DNA from: a bacterium
Lineage (GTDB): Archaea > Thermoplasmatota > E2 > JACPAO01 > JAHFTW01
Direction of reading: 5' to 3'
NCBI GenBank assembly: GCA_040390065.1
Contig: JAZJZE010000001.1
Location: 337,102-401,101 of the forward strand
DNA length: 64,000 bases
Shown here: piece by piece, positions 19,601 through 27,966 of the stretch
How the letters are laid out: every line of letters starts with the position of its first letter
Numbering within the stretch: position 1 is the stretch's first letter
Position numbers and translations under genes: made by a program
Notes under the pieces: model-generated
What the model was told of the DNA's origin: nothing
The model's input: only the letters and a program-made list of their open reading frames with translations
Databases searched by the model: none

Positions 19601-20099
19601 GGCCGGGCCGGGCCCGGTCGCCGCCGTGAACTCCGACTCCTCCGCCGAGCCAGCGCAGACGGTGGCCCTCGACGCAAGCATGTCCAAGGATGACAACGGC
19701 GAGAGCCTCTCGTACCACTGGACACAGTGGGAAGGGCCGCCCGTCGTCATCGCCGACCCGAACGCGGCCCGGACGACGTTCACTGTCCCCGATGCGCCAT
19801 CCGGTACGAAGCTGCGCTTTGGCCTCGAGGTGAGCGACGGCCAGGCCTCGGGCGTCGCCGTGCAGACCGTCACGGTCGCCCCGTCCTCGATCGAAGTTCC
19901 CCAAGTCCCCGGCGATGGCGAGAAGGCCGCGCAGGACACCGCCGCCGCGGCGCCGGGAGGGGGGGCGTCCGTCCCGCAAGCAGCGGCCGCCGATTCCGGG
20001 GCGAAGGTCGGATTGGCGGTGTGGATCGTCGTAGCAGTTGCTGCCGTAATCGCCGTGGTCCTGCTGGTCGCATTGTGGCCGCGCAAGGGCACCACGTAG
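16650..20099 (+). CDS. Giant adhesin-like surface protein (FN3 x2, cadherin-like Ig repeats x3, PKD, C-terminal repeats, TM anchor)
   Basis: ATG at 16650, directly after the stop of the upstream gene. Signal MAFQRATLLALALAVLASGLALFAHTAAA. FN3 (VRVSWSAA..YRVYRS..YAYKVSAVN). ND..D cadherin-like units. PKD (RAWDFGDGYASAATSPTHVF). Tail LAVWIVVAVAAVIAVVLLVALWPRK. Confidence 0.85.
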   Translation: MAFQRATLLALALAVLASGLALFAHTAAAGGTGFEILADSTSDHTGGSQDAEIVRIGASSDASRIYFWVKVGDSSSSYDPTAAANHVTALTFPVNLIDKFGTSRWFTNKYDTAGAWSGADFAVGNSDSGSSTQPTPYTVTWACNEVKYSVSRTGWGAAGSQNPADGDAWTGIWVDSKDFAAATLFDSAGRSTPPPAGTGSGAWTVGQNGNTWQDAPTLSALTPVGDNKVRVSWSAAADNGAQAVSAYRVYRSVNGVLPFGLVATVSSPSTTYDDTGLTTGSTYAYKVSAVNCPQLPAKTSAPPAGEPSYVGGESLRSASMSIVPDFRPLAATGLAAGSPTADSLQLTWTAPTDCPAASCTPAGSGGSGIQGYKVYRGPSGGEALVDDVLASAVCTPACAYTSSGLTAATHYCYYIRAYDNYATPNLGPASAEACGDTTSSGPTPPAAVADSFNAIKDTLLTATTACVPAGTPAASGGPYAGVVCNDQDTANHVITALLVSGPTHITPGGTFSLDAKGGVTYQAATGYCGGTGDSFQYQLKDIDTNTLLNTVTASIAVACTAADPFALADSYSLSEDCSAAAALLCATPFAASGYPACGGTAGVLCNDVNTLGHAIRAILGAGVLHGSLTLSSNGAFSYTPTANYCGSDAFTYTLHDDTTAADVNTVAVTLTLACVNDLPQPTNDSYLVITNAAPALLSPSVTATDGDPDAGVAASPAAWSTLSITGVTLPNFGGTATIVGSNIRYNPAVGFSGTETFSYTLSDAGGLSASAMVSITVRANQLPHAHFVANPGSPVVGQPVTFIDSSADPDPGDAVQTRAWDFGDGYASAATSPTHVFGTIGGAKVCLTVKDGFGAFSLPYCQSLAVLAPSGPANPPGSGPAPPTQPPAQPPAEQPGTQAFHVDAGPAQRVPAGSAVTLHASAAGATAFAWIQTAGPHVDLQAAGTASPTFAAPKVANPYAVLFFEVTAQGATQSAVGGVMVTVEAGPGPVAAVNSDSSAEPAQTVALDASMSKDDNGESLSYHWTQWEGPPVVIADPNAARTTFTVPDAPSGTKLRFGLEVSDGQASGVAVQTVTVAPSSIEVPQVPGDGEKAAQDTAAAAPGGGASVPQAAAADSGAKVGLAVWIVVAVAAVIAVVLLVALWPRKGTT

Positions 20100-20226
20100 C
20101 CGCCGGCGCCTTCGGCGGTCCCTGACGGTTGAAGGCTCGGGCCCCGGCAACCGGAAAGAGGCTGTTCTTCCCACACATCGCGAGGCCGCCTTATCCAGGG
20201 CACGCGCGTTGGTTGCCCGGGTCCGC

Positions 20227-21210
20227 ATGACACGAACCATCCCCTTGGCGCTTGCCGTGATTGCCGCTGTATCGCTCTTCGTCACGGCCGCCGCCGTCCG
20301 CGGCCCCGAAGGCTCGCCCGCCCCCATCGCGACGCACGCGGCCCCCCTGCCCTCCGTCCAGGAGATTGCTGCGTCGATGTCGGAACCCCCCGTTCGCCAC
20401 ATGATGAAGCCATTCAGCCACGCGCCGGCCGTCACGCTCCCCGTCCCCACCCCGCCGGTCGCGGCTGACGCCCTGCCGTCGGGCGGAGGGAACCTCGTGT
20501 ACCACGGCGGGCCCGTCCAGACGGCCCCCAAGGTCTACCTGGTCTACTGGGGCTGGAACGGCGTCGACCCAGCCAACGTCGAGCCCTACCTCACGGCGTT
20601 CTTCAACGGCGTTGGCGGCACGGGCTGGGCCAACATCCAGACCCAATACTCCAGCATCACCAACCCGACCGGCCAGCTCGCCGGCGTGTGGCACGACAAC
20701 TCGGCTCTACCGCCAACGATCCCCGACCTGTGGCTGCCCGCCGAAGCAATCCGGGCCGAGGCGTACTTCGGATACAGCGCGGACGCCGACTACATCATCG
20801 CGACGCCGCCGTACAGTTCCACGGCGGGCTTCGGCGCGGAATTCTGCGCCTGGCATTCGACCACGACGGACAGCCTGAGCCGCAATGTCGCGTTCACCAA
20901 CCTGCCGTACATGCCGACCATGCCGGAGACCTGCGGCGCCTACTCGGTCAACGGTGGCCTGCCCTACCCGGGCCTTCTCGATGGCGTCAGCATCGTGGCA
21001 GGGCACGAGTACGCCGAGGTCGTGACGGATCCCGTGCCGGTCACCGGATGGGCCGACTCGACCGGCGGCGCCGGCGAGAACGCCGACAAGTGCGCCTGGG
21101 TGACCTCTGGACCCGGCCACATGCAGAACGTCGCCTGGAGCACCGGCACGTTTGCGGTCCAGGGTCTCTGGAGCAACGCCGCCAGCGGTTGTGTCATCAC
21201 GTACCCGTAG
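20227..21210 (+). CDS. Secreted protein, weak resemblance to PHI-1/EXORDIUM family
   Basis: ATG 20227 gives MTRTIPLALAVIAAVSLFVTAAA signal. NLVYHGGPV..VYLVYWG and VAGHEYAEVVTDP recall EXORDIUM-like motifs (from memory; the function call is weak). Confidence 0.6.
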   Translation: MTRTIPLALAVIAAVSLFVTAAAVRGPEGSPAPIATHAAPLPSVQEIAASMSEPPVRHMMKPFSHAPAVTLPVPTPPVAADALPSGGGNLVYHGGPVQTAPKVYLVYWGWNGVDPANVEPYLTAFFNGVGGTGWANIQTQYSSITNPTGQLAGVWHDNSALPPTIPDLWLPAEAIRAEAYFGYSADADYIIATPPYSSTAGFGAEFCAWHSTTTDSLSRNVAFTNLPYMPTMPETCGAYSVNGGLPYPGLLDGVSIVAGHEYAEVVTDPVPVTGWADSTGGAGENADKCAWVTSGPGHMQNVAWSTGTFAVQGLWSNAASGCVITYP

Positions 21211-21270
21211 TTGCCGAGGAATGCGAAATCCATGCCAGGCTCATGAGGGCCCGGCCATGATGCGGCGGCC

Positions 21271-22413
21271 ATGCCTTTGGGCCTGCGTCGCGTCGTGCCG
21301 GCTGCCATCCTGGTCGCCCTCCTCGCCGGGCCGTCCACGGGGCTGGCCCCGACATCGGCGTTGCAGCCGCCCGACGTCGAGTCGTTCTGCGACATGCACA
21401 CCAAGCACTGCGAGCCCGTGCCCCTCGACCTGAGGCAATGGCTGGTCCCGCAGAGCCAACCGATGTCGCAGACGTCGGATTCCGACACACAGCGCTGGCT
21501 CGTGGCGCCGATCCGTGGCTACCTCACGCACGACGAATACCAGATCATCCAAGGCCTGGTGCCGGACATCCCGACTGTGCCGCTCGCAGCACCGCCGGGG
21601 GCCATCAACGAGACAGTCGGGGAAAACGTGACGGTGCACAAGGAGGTTGCCGGCATCACGCTGGACGGCCAGGCCACGCTCAGCGCCACCGTGCTCGTCC
21701 CGCTGCCGCCGGAGCAAGGAGAGGCCCCCGCGGGGTCCGTCCCTTGCACCGACCCGCGCGGCTGTCCTGACCTGACGGTCGACGCCGCCCGGCTTGCCGA
21801 CGGCATCCTCGAGAAGCGCACGTTCACGTCGTCGTCGTGCGCCGTCGTCGAGAACAGCACGTCGCCCGGAACGCGCCGACTCCTGCGTTTCACCTTCGCG
21901 ACGCCGAACATCGGCGACGGCGACCTGCTCATCGGGGACCCCGCCGAGCATCCCTCCTGGTTCCAGTGGGGTGCGTGCCATGGCCATTGGCACTTCAGGC
22001 AGTACGCCGAGTATCGTCTTTGGACGCTGCGGGCGTACGTCGCGTGGCGCCACGCCCGCGACGCCGCCCCGACCGCCACGGCGGCGCAAGTCCTGGCGCA
22101 GCATCCGGAGCTGGCTGCGGGCTTCCTCAGTGGGCACAAGCAGGGATTCTGCGCCATCGATGTCGTGCCCTACGCGCCGCTCGAAGCCCCGCGATACCAA
22201 TCGTGTGCCACCCACCAGGGGATCTCGCGCGGCTGGGCGGACGAGTATGGCTACGCGCTCGACGGCCAGTGGGTGGACATGACCGGCGTGGCGGCCGGCG
22301 CGTACGTGCTCGAAGCGGAAGTGAACCCCGCGCGCTTCTACCAAGAGACGGTGTACACGAACAATTCGGGGGCGCTGCTCGTCGTCATCCCGCCCGACAC
22401 CCCTATCGTGTGA
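21271..22413 (+). CDS. Lysyl oxidase-like copper amine oxidase (LOX family), secreted
   Basis: Collinear with the animal LOX catalytic domain: RRLLRFTF.., WFQWGACHGHWH (cf. WEWHSCHQHYH), GHKQGFCAIDV (cf. GHKASFCLEDT), QGISRGWADEYGYALDGQWVDMTGV..YVLEAEVNP..YTNN. N-terminal signal peptide. Confidence 0.85.
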   Translation: MPLGLRRVVPAAILVALLAGPSTGLAPTSALQPPDVESFCDMHTKHCEPVPLDLRQWLVPQSQPMSQTSDSDTQRWLVAPIRGYLTHDEYQIIQGLVPDIPTVPLAAPPGAINETVGENVTVHKEVAGITLDGQATLSATVLVPLPPEQGEAPAGSVPCTDPRGCPDLTVDAARLADGILEKRTFTSSSCAVVENSTSPGTRRLLRFTFATPNIGDGDLLIGDPAEHPSWFQWGACHGHWHFRQYAEYRLWTLRAYVAWRHARDAAPTATAAQVLAQHPELAAGFLSGHKQGFCAIDVVPYAPLEAPRYQSCATHQGISRGWADEYGYALDGQWVDMTGVAAGAYVLEAEVNPARFYQETVYTNNSGALLVVIPPDTPIV

Positions 22414-22608
22414 TGGTCACCGCAAGTAGGTTCACGGACGCGCCGTTCCTCCGAGAAACATGGCAATTGCGCGGTCGCGGCAAGCGCGGTTGGCAAATGG
22501 TTTCACGCGTTCGTTCTTGGATTTCCCACAAGTCCCGTCAATCATTATCATCGGCGCCCATTATCGACGCCCGCCCGCCGGGACAACCTGGCGGTTGGAG
22601 ACATCGAC

Positions 22609-23616
22609 ATGCACAAGAGAACACTGAGTCTGGGCCTCGCGGCCCTGTTTGCAAGCCTCGCTTTGGCGGGCCCGATCGCATCGGCCCTCCCCGGCGACAA
22701 CCAAGACCTGAGCCGCACGTTCTACATCAACGCGGCCCGCGTCACCACGCCCGGTATCGGCTGGTTCCAGAACACGCCTCATCAGGTCTGTGTCATCGAG
22801 CTCTTCGGTGTCCAAGCCCCTCTCGGCGTCTTCTACTACGAGAGCCTGCGCGTCTACACCAACGCCGGCACGTCGACGACGATCCCTGCCCTCATCCCGC
22901 CGGTCCCGCTCGCTTGCCCGGCCGCCATCAATCCGGCCTGCAACAACCCGGGCCCGGTTGACCCCTGCGCCATCCAGGTCGGCGGCGTTACGCTGGCCGG
23001 TGGCCAGTTCATCAGCCAGGACGCCCTGCACTGCCTCAAGGACGCGGTCAACAACTGCTTCGCCGTCGCCGGCACGCAGGAGTGGACCCTGACGCGCTGC
23101 CCCTACGCGAGCATCGTCTACACGGCCCCCATGGCTCAGGGCAAGGGCACCTTCGCGGGCACCCCCCTCGACGGCGTCCTCATGACCCCCGCCATCCACT
23201 GCACGGCAGGCGCAGCCGGCGCGGCCAGCTTCGACGCCTCGGCCTACATCGACTTCTTCACCGACGGCGAGTCGGGAACGAGCTTCAACATCGTCCCGGT
23301 CGGCACGATCGTGCCGGCCGCCGCTGGTGACAGCTACGTCATCTCGTGCTACAACGTCGACAAGCTCATCCTGTCCGGCGTGCCCATCTCGTCGCACACC
23401 GACCTCGGTGAGGACTCCGAGTCGCACGACTGGGCCCTCGTCCTCGACCAGAACGACGTCCCGGCCAGCCACCAGGCCGCCATCACCGCCCACCTGGGCG
23501 GCGGCAACCTGCAGGGCCTGTACGACCTCAGCGGCCAGAACGGCTGCGATGACGGCTCCAACGTCGCCTACATGGACGTCGACGACCCAGCCGGCGCGAC
23601 CGTCCTGACGCCGTAG
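22609..23616 (+). CDS. Secreted Cys-containing protein, unknown function
   Basis: MHKRTLSLGLAALFASLALAGPIASA signal peptide. High third-position GC. No recognisable domain. Confidence 0.65.
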   Translation: MHKRTLSLGLAALFASLALAGPIASALPGDNQDLSRTFYINAARVTTPGIGWFQNTPHQVCVIELFGVQAPLGVFYYESLRVYTNAGTSTTIPALIPPVPLACPAAINPACNNPGPVDPCAIQVGGVTLAGGQFISQDALHCLKDAVNNCFAVAGTQEWTLTRCPYASIVYTAPMAQGKGTFAGTPLDGVLMTPAIHCTAGAAGAASFDASAYIDFFTDGESGTSFNIVPVGTIVPAAAGDSYVISCYNVDKLILSGVPISSHTDLGEDSESHDWALVLDQNDVPASHQAAITAHLGGGNLQGLYDLSGQNGCDDGSNVAYMDVDDPAGATVLTP

Positions 23617-23633
23617 AGCGGTCCTGAGACCAT

Positions 23634-23659
23634 CCCTTTCCCCCTTTTCCTCCGTTTTT
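23634..23659 (+). terminator. Oligo-T rich stretch (archaeal terminator-like) after 22609..23616
   Basis: CCCTTTCCCCCTTTTCCTCCGTTTTTCG starts 18 nt after the stop codon. Confidence 0.4.
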
Positions 23660-23686
23660 CGTCGGCGAACCTGCTAGCGATGAGTG

Positions 23687-23694
23687 GGAAATCC
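23687..23694 (+). promoter_or_regulatory. TATA-like GAAATCCA about 30 nt upstream of ATG 23719
   Basis: The spacing fits a leaderless or short-leader archaeal promoter. The same WWATCC(A) core recurs upstream of other genes here. Confidence 0.35.
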
Positions 23695-23718
23695 AGTCAA
23701 CCTTGAAGGCGGCCCCAC

Positions 23719-26700
23719 ATGTCGACGGCTGCTTTTCCCATGACCGGCCCAACGACAACCTCACGCCGGCCATCCGGCGCAATCCTCGCAGCCTTGGTTG
23801 CACTCCTCGTCCTTCCTGCACTCCCCGCCGAGGCCGCGACCCCGCAGGACGTGTGGGTCCAGGCGACCGATGCCGTCGTGGCCCGCGCTCCCGCCAGCCT
23901 CCTCGACGAGCCGGATTTCCGTAATGCCAGCGCCCACCATGCCTACCGCACCGCCATGCTGGATGCCAGCGTTGCCCATGCCACCGCCTTGGCCCACGCG
24001 CTCTGGGAGGAAGCACAGAACGCGCCGAACCCGGCCCAGCAGTACTTGTATGAGCTGGCCAACGAGACGCAAGCCAACGCCGGTCGCATCGACCACGCGA
24101 GCGCGCGCATGGCCGCCCTCGAGGCCGGAGACCTGCACGCAAACCAGCTCGAAATCCTCCTCACCGCGGCCAACGTCCTTGCCGATGCCGAACAGGAACA
24201 CGTGCACGCCGTCGGGTACTTGATGCCCGAGCAGTCCGTCGACGTCTTCCGCTCCGAGACCGGGCGATACTCGTTTGCCCACCCCGTCGCCATGGCCGGC
24301 GACCTCGCGGCCGCGACCGAACGCATCCTCGATCTCGTGCCGGCGCCATCCGGGCCGCGGGCCGACCTTGCGGGCATGGCCCAGCGGATCAACGGGCTCT
24401 CGCTGCCCACGTTCCAGTGGCCGGTCGCCCATCCCGGCATCGTCGAGGAGACGGCGCGTCGAATCTATGCATACTCGGCTCTCCAGGGCAACACGACGGT
24501 CGCCGAGCTTGACGCAGTGATCCAGCAGTTGCCCGCTGAACGTCAGCGTCTGCAGGATGCCGGATATGACGGCGTGCATATCGTCGAAGTGCAAGGTGAT
24601 GCCTCCTGGTGGCTGACGCAGGCCCGGGCCGACCCCGACTCTGCAGTCACCGCTGGCGTCGTGCGCAGCCAAGCGGCGTACGCGCACGGTGCCATCCTGG
24701 AGGCCAACCTGCTCGCTGCTCCGGCCAACCGGCCGTCGTCGGCGGCCATGTGGATTGGCCTTGCGTGTGCGGGAGTTGCCCTCGTGGGCGGCCTGTGGTG
24801 GCGCGGACGCCGAAGGTCTGGCGGGCGGAAGGGCAAGGCGCTCCTTGGGCTGCTGGCACTGCTCATGGTGCTGCCACCGGTCCAGGGTGCGCTTGGAATG
24901 GCCGCCGTCAACGACCCGTCCGCCCCGCCGACCGTCGTCCCCGGCCCCGAAGGTGGAGCCTGGGGTTCTGCCGCCGCCCTTGCCAACGGCACACTGCTGT
25001 TTGCCTGGCCGTCCTGTCCCGGCACGTTCGTGGACGGGTGCTCCGACCTCTACCTGCGCATGTACGACCCAGTGGCCGACAAATGGAGCGCGTCGTGGCG
25101 CGCCGTCGACGACCTGTACCACGTCTCGATTGCCAAAGTGTTCCTCGTTGGGGCGGACGTCCACGTCGTCTGGGAGGAACAGCTGGGCAACGCGACCGCC
25201 CCCGTCGTCCTCGTCCATTGCGTGCTGTCCGGTCGCACGTGCGGCGCCCGCGAAACGTTCACGGACACCGCCGGAACGGCCATCATGTTCAGCGGCGCCG
25301 TCGGCGGCAACGGCCACCTGCGGATCGCCTACTTGCGCTCTGACCTGATGCAGGTGCATGTGCGCGAATGGTCGAGTGCCGGCTGGGGAGCCGACAAACG
25401 CTTCGACACGGGCTCGTCCCTGCAGACGCGCCCCAACGTCCTATGCGGGACCGACGGCGCCTGCTACGTCACATGGGAGGAGGGCGTGCCCGGATCCAAG
25501 GAGACGAAGGACCGGCGCGTCGAACTCGCCATCGTCGATGCCGGCGCAGATGTCGCCCGCAAAGTCATCACGGTCCCAGCCCAGGGCTCCTTCCAGCAGA
25601 TGGCCGCCGCCTTCCCCATCCCCGAGGGCGTCGGGGCCCTGTACGGCACGCAGCGGGACTTGTTCTTCGCGGTCCTCGACCCGGCCACGGGCCAATGGTC
25701 GGCGGCCACCAACGTGTCGCGCGGGCATCCGCCCACGGCCCCAGCCCTCGTGGGCGCGTACACGCTGGGCGGCGGTGACGTGCTTGCCGTGTGGCAGACC
25801 GGGACGGTCAACACGTTCCAGATGTGGGCGGCACGGCGCTCCGGCGGCTTCTGGCTCGCTCCCGAGCTGCTCGTCGGCAAACCCTACCAAGAACACATGT
25901 TCGTCCCGATGGCGCAGCCCCAAGCGTCGGGCGACCTGGTGTTGGCGTGGACCGGCAATGGGCCCGGCATCGCGGACAATATCCTGCTCACACGCCGCAT
26001 CGCCGGCGGCACGGCCCCGCCCCCAGGGCCTCCGACCGTGACGTGGCGCGAGCCTCGTGCTGGCGGCTGGACGGGTTCGGCCGTCGACCTGGCAGCGCAA
26101 CTCGAATTCGCCGCGACGCCGGACGCCGCCTCCGTGGTGCTCACCGTCGACGGCCGGGCGCTCGCAACGACGTTGTCGCCCGACGGCCACGCGCACGCAC
26201 GTGCGACGGGGCTTGCCGAAGGGGCGCACCACGTGACGCTGCATGCTGCAGACCGCTTGGGAGCAGCCTGCGATGAGCAATGGGATTTCGCCGTCGATGC
26301 AACGGCGCCGGCACTGAGTGTGCAGATCGTGGGTCCCGCGACATCCGCGTCTGCGCCCTGGGCAAACCAGGTGCTGACGGTCGTCGCCTCGGCTCCACAG
26401 GATGGCGGCAGCCCCGTCCACTTGCAGGTCGACCATGATGCCGCGGGCGATTGGCGCGACGCCACGGCGGCCGGCTGGAAGGCTGTCGGGCTGGTGCCGT
26501 CGATCATTGGTGCCGCCGTGCCCGAGAACCGCCTTCTCGACGTTCGCCTTCGTGCGGTCGATGACGCGGGGAACGTTGCCCTTGGCTCGCCGATGGCCCT
26601 TGGCTGGGACGCCACCCCGCCCCTGATGCAAGGCGGGCCGGCCCCGACGACGCGGCCAGGCCGGGTTCCTCTCCTCTTGACGGACCAGGCCGCAGCGGGA

Positions 26701-27228
26701 TCTCCACTCCACTACGAACTCCAGGTGTCGGGGCCCGGCGGCAACGCGCAGCAGACCTCCATGGACGGCATGGTCATCCTTCCCGCGGAAGGAACATGGC
26801 AAGTCCGTGGGCGCGCATCCGACGCCGCCGGAAATGCACAATCAATCGGCCCGTGGACCGTCGTGGTGGACGGCACGCCGCCGACGGTCTCGGTGGCGTG
26901 GCAGGGCGACGACTTCCGTCTCACCGCCAGCGACGCGGGAGGCCTCGCCCATGTGGCCATGACGGCTGGCGACGGCCGGCCCATCGAGTCGAACGCGACC
27001 GGCACCTCGGCGGCGTCGGATGGCCGCTGGGAGGGCGCCCCCATCGGGGTCAACGTCCGCGACGCGGCCGGAAACGAACTGTCGGGTTTCATTGCAGAGT
27101 CCGGCGGCCAACTCGTCGCGTCGGCGCCGGAAAAGCCGGCGGGGAAGTCGACGCCGGCACTGCCCCTCGCGCTGGTCGGCCTGGCCGTGCTGGGCCTTGC
27201 CCTAGGCCGGAGGCGCCAGGATGGCTGA
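23719..27228 (+). CDS. Large envelope protein: signal peptide, helical ectodomain, TM-basic loop-TM hairpin, beta-propeller-like region, Ig-like repeats, C-terminal TM anchor
   Basis: ATG start. LAALVALLVLPALPAEA signal. Internal AAMWIGLACAGVALVGGLWWRGRRRSGGRKGKALLGLLALLMVLPPVQGALG. Tail LPLALVGLAVLGLALGRRR. Confidence 0.8.
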   Translation: MSTAAFPMTGPTTTSRRPSGAILAALVALLVLPALPAEAATPQDVWVQATDAVVARAPASLLDEPDFRNASAHHAYRTAMLDASVAHATALAHALWEEAQNAPNPAQQYLYELANETQANAGRIDHASARMAALEAGDLHANQLEILLTAANVLADAEQEHVHAVGYLMPEQSVDVFRSETGRYSFAHPVAMAGDLAAATERILDLVPAPSGPRADLAGMAQRINGLSLPTFQWPVAHPGIVEETARRIYAYSALQGNTTVAELDAVIQQLPAERQRLQDAGYDGVHIVEVQGDASWWLTQARADPDSAVTAGVVRSQAAYAHGAILEANLLAAPANRPSSAAMWIGLACAGVALVGGLWWRGRRRSGGRKGKALLGLLALLMVLPPVQGALGMAAVNDPSAPPTVVPGPEGGAWGSAAALANGTLLFAWPSCPGTFVDGCSDLYLRMYDPVADKWSASWRAVDDLYHVSIAKVFLVGADVHVVWEEQLGNATAPVVLVHCVLSGRTCGARETFTDTAGTAIMFSGAVGGNGHLRIAYLRSDLMQVHVREWSSAGWGADKRFDTGSSLQTRPNVLCGTDGACYVTWEEGVPGSKETKDRRVELAIVDAGADVARKVITVPAQGSFQQMAAAFPIPEGVGALYGTQRDLFFAVLDPATGQWSAATNVSRGHPPTAPALVGAYTLGGGDVLAVWQTGTVNTFQMWAARRSGGFWLAPELLVGKPYQEHMFVPMAQPQASGDLVLAWTGNGPGIADNILLTRRIAGGTAPPPGPPTVTWREPRAGGWTGSAVDLAAQLEFAATPDAASVVLTVDGRALATTLSPDGHAHARATGLAEGAHHVTLHAADRLGAACDEQWDFAVDATAPALSVQIVGPATSASAPWANQVLTVVASAPQDGGSPVHLQVDHDAAGDWRDATAAGWKAVGLVPSIIGAAVPENRLLDVRLRAVDDAGNVALGSPMALGWDATPPLMQGGPAPTTRPGRVPLLLTDQAAAGSPLHYELQVSGPGGNAQQTSMDGMVILPAEGTWQVRGRASDAAGNAQSIGPWTVVVDGTPPTVSVAWQGDDFRLTASDAGGLAHVAMTAGDGRPIESNATGTSAASDGRWEGAPIGVNVRDAAGNELSGFIAESGGQLVASAPEKPAGKSTPALPLALVGLAVLGLALGRRRQDG

Positions 27229-27901
27229 CCCCGTGGAAAACGGCAATCCAGGCAGGGCGGAAGGTCCCGGGGCGAGCCCTGGTCCCCACCATTGGACGCG
27301 ACGCAACTCGCCCTCCCCCCGAAAGGCTGAAACACATGCACGCCTCTCCCGGAATGTGGTCGTGCCCGGTCTCCTGGTCCAGGATAGCGCGGGCCGGCCC
27401 TCCGCCGACGGCGAAGTGACCCGCCGACTCGCAGTCGTCGCCCGGATCCTCGCCGAGCAGCCCGGCTGCACGATCCAGGAAGTCGCACTCCAGCTGCAGT
27501 GCAGCCACACGACGGCCGCGTATCACCTCTCCAAGATGGCCGCGGCGGGCCGCGTCCTGCAGCGCCGCGAAGGAAGGGTCGTGCGCCACTACTTGGCCGG
27601 CGATGAGACGCCCGCCGCCTGGCTGCGCGCGTTTGTCGCGGAACCCAAGCGCCGCGAGCTTGCGGTCACCCTCGGCGGCACCGAACGCCGCGAATGGCCG
27701 GTGAACAAGCTTGCCCGCCACATCGGAATGCATCACGGATGGGTCATGCGATCGCTGCGCATGCTCGAGACGCAGCGCTTCATCGTCCTCATTCGGCCCC
27801 GCGCCAGGTATTACGTGCAACGGACCGCCGCGTTGCAGCAGGCGCTGCAAGAGGCGCAAACGGTTCGCGTTGTCGTCGAAGTCGTGACGGACCCGTCGTA
27901 G
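27221..27901 (+). CDS. Double winged-helix transcription regulator (ArsR/TrmB-like), soluble
   Basis: ATGGCTGA start/stop overlap with 23719..27228. HTH units TIQEVALQLQCSHTTAAYHLSKMAAAGRV and PVNKLARHIGMHHGWVMRSLRMLETQRFIV. Confidence 0.7.
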   Translation: MADPVENGNPGRAEGPGASPGPHHWTRRNSPSPRKAETHARLSRNVVVPGLLVQDSAGRPSADGEVTRRLAVVARILAEQPGCTIQEVALQLQCSHTTAAYHLSKMAAAGRVLQRREGRVVRHYLAGDETPAAWLRAFVAEPKRRELAVTLGGTERREWPVNKLARHIGMHHGWVMRSLRMLETQRFIVLIRPRARYYVQRTAALQQALQEAQTVRVVVEVVTDPS

Positions 27902-27966
27902 GGCCGGAACCGCGAGGCCGGCCGGGCCCCTGCAGAAAGTCGTGCTGACTCGAACGGAGTGCGGAC

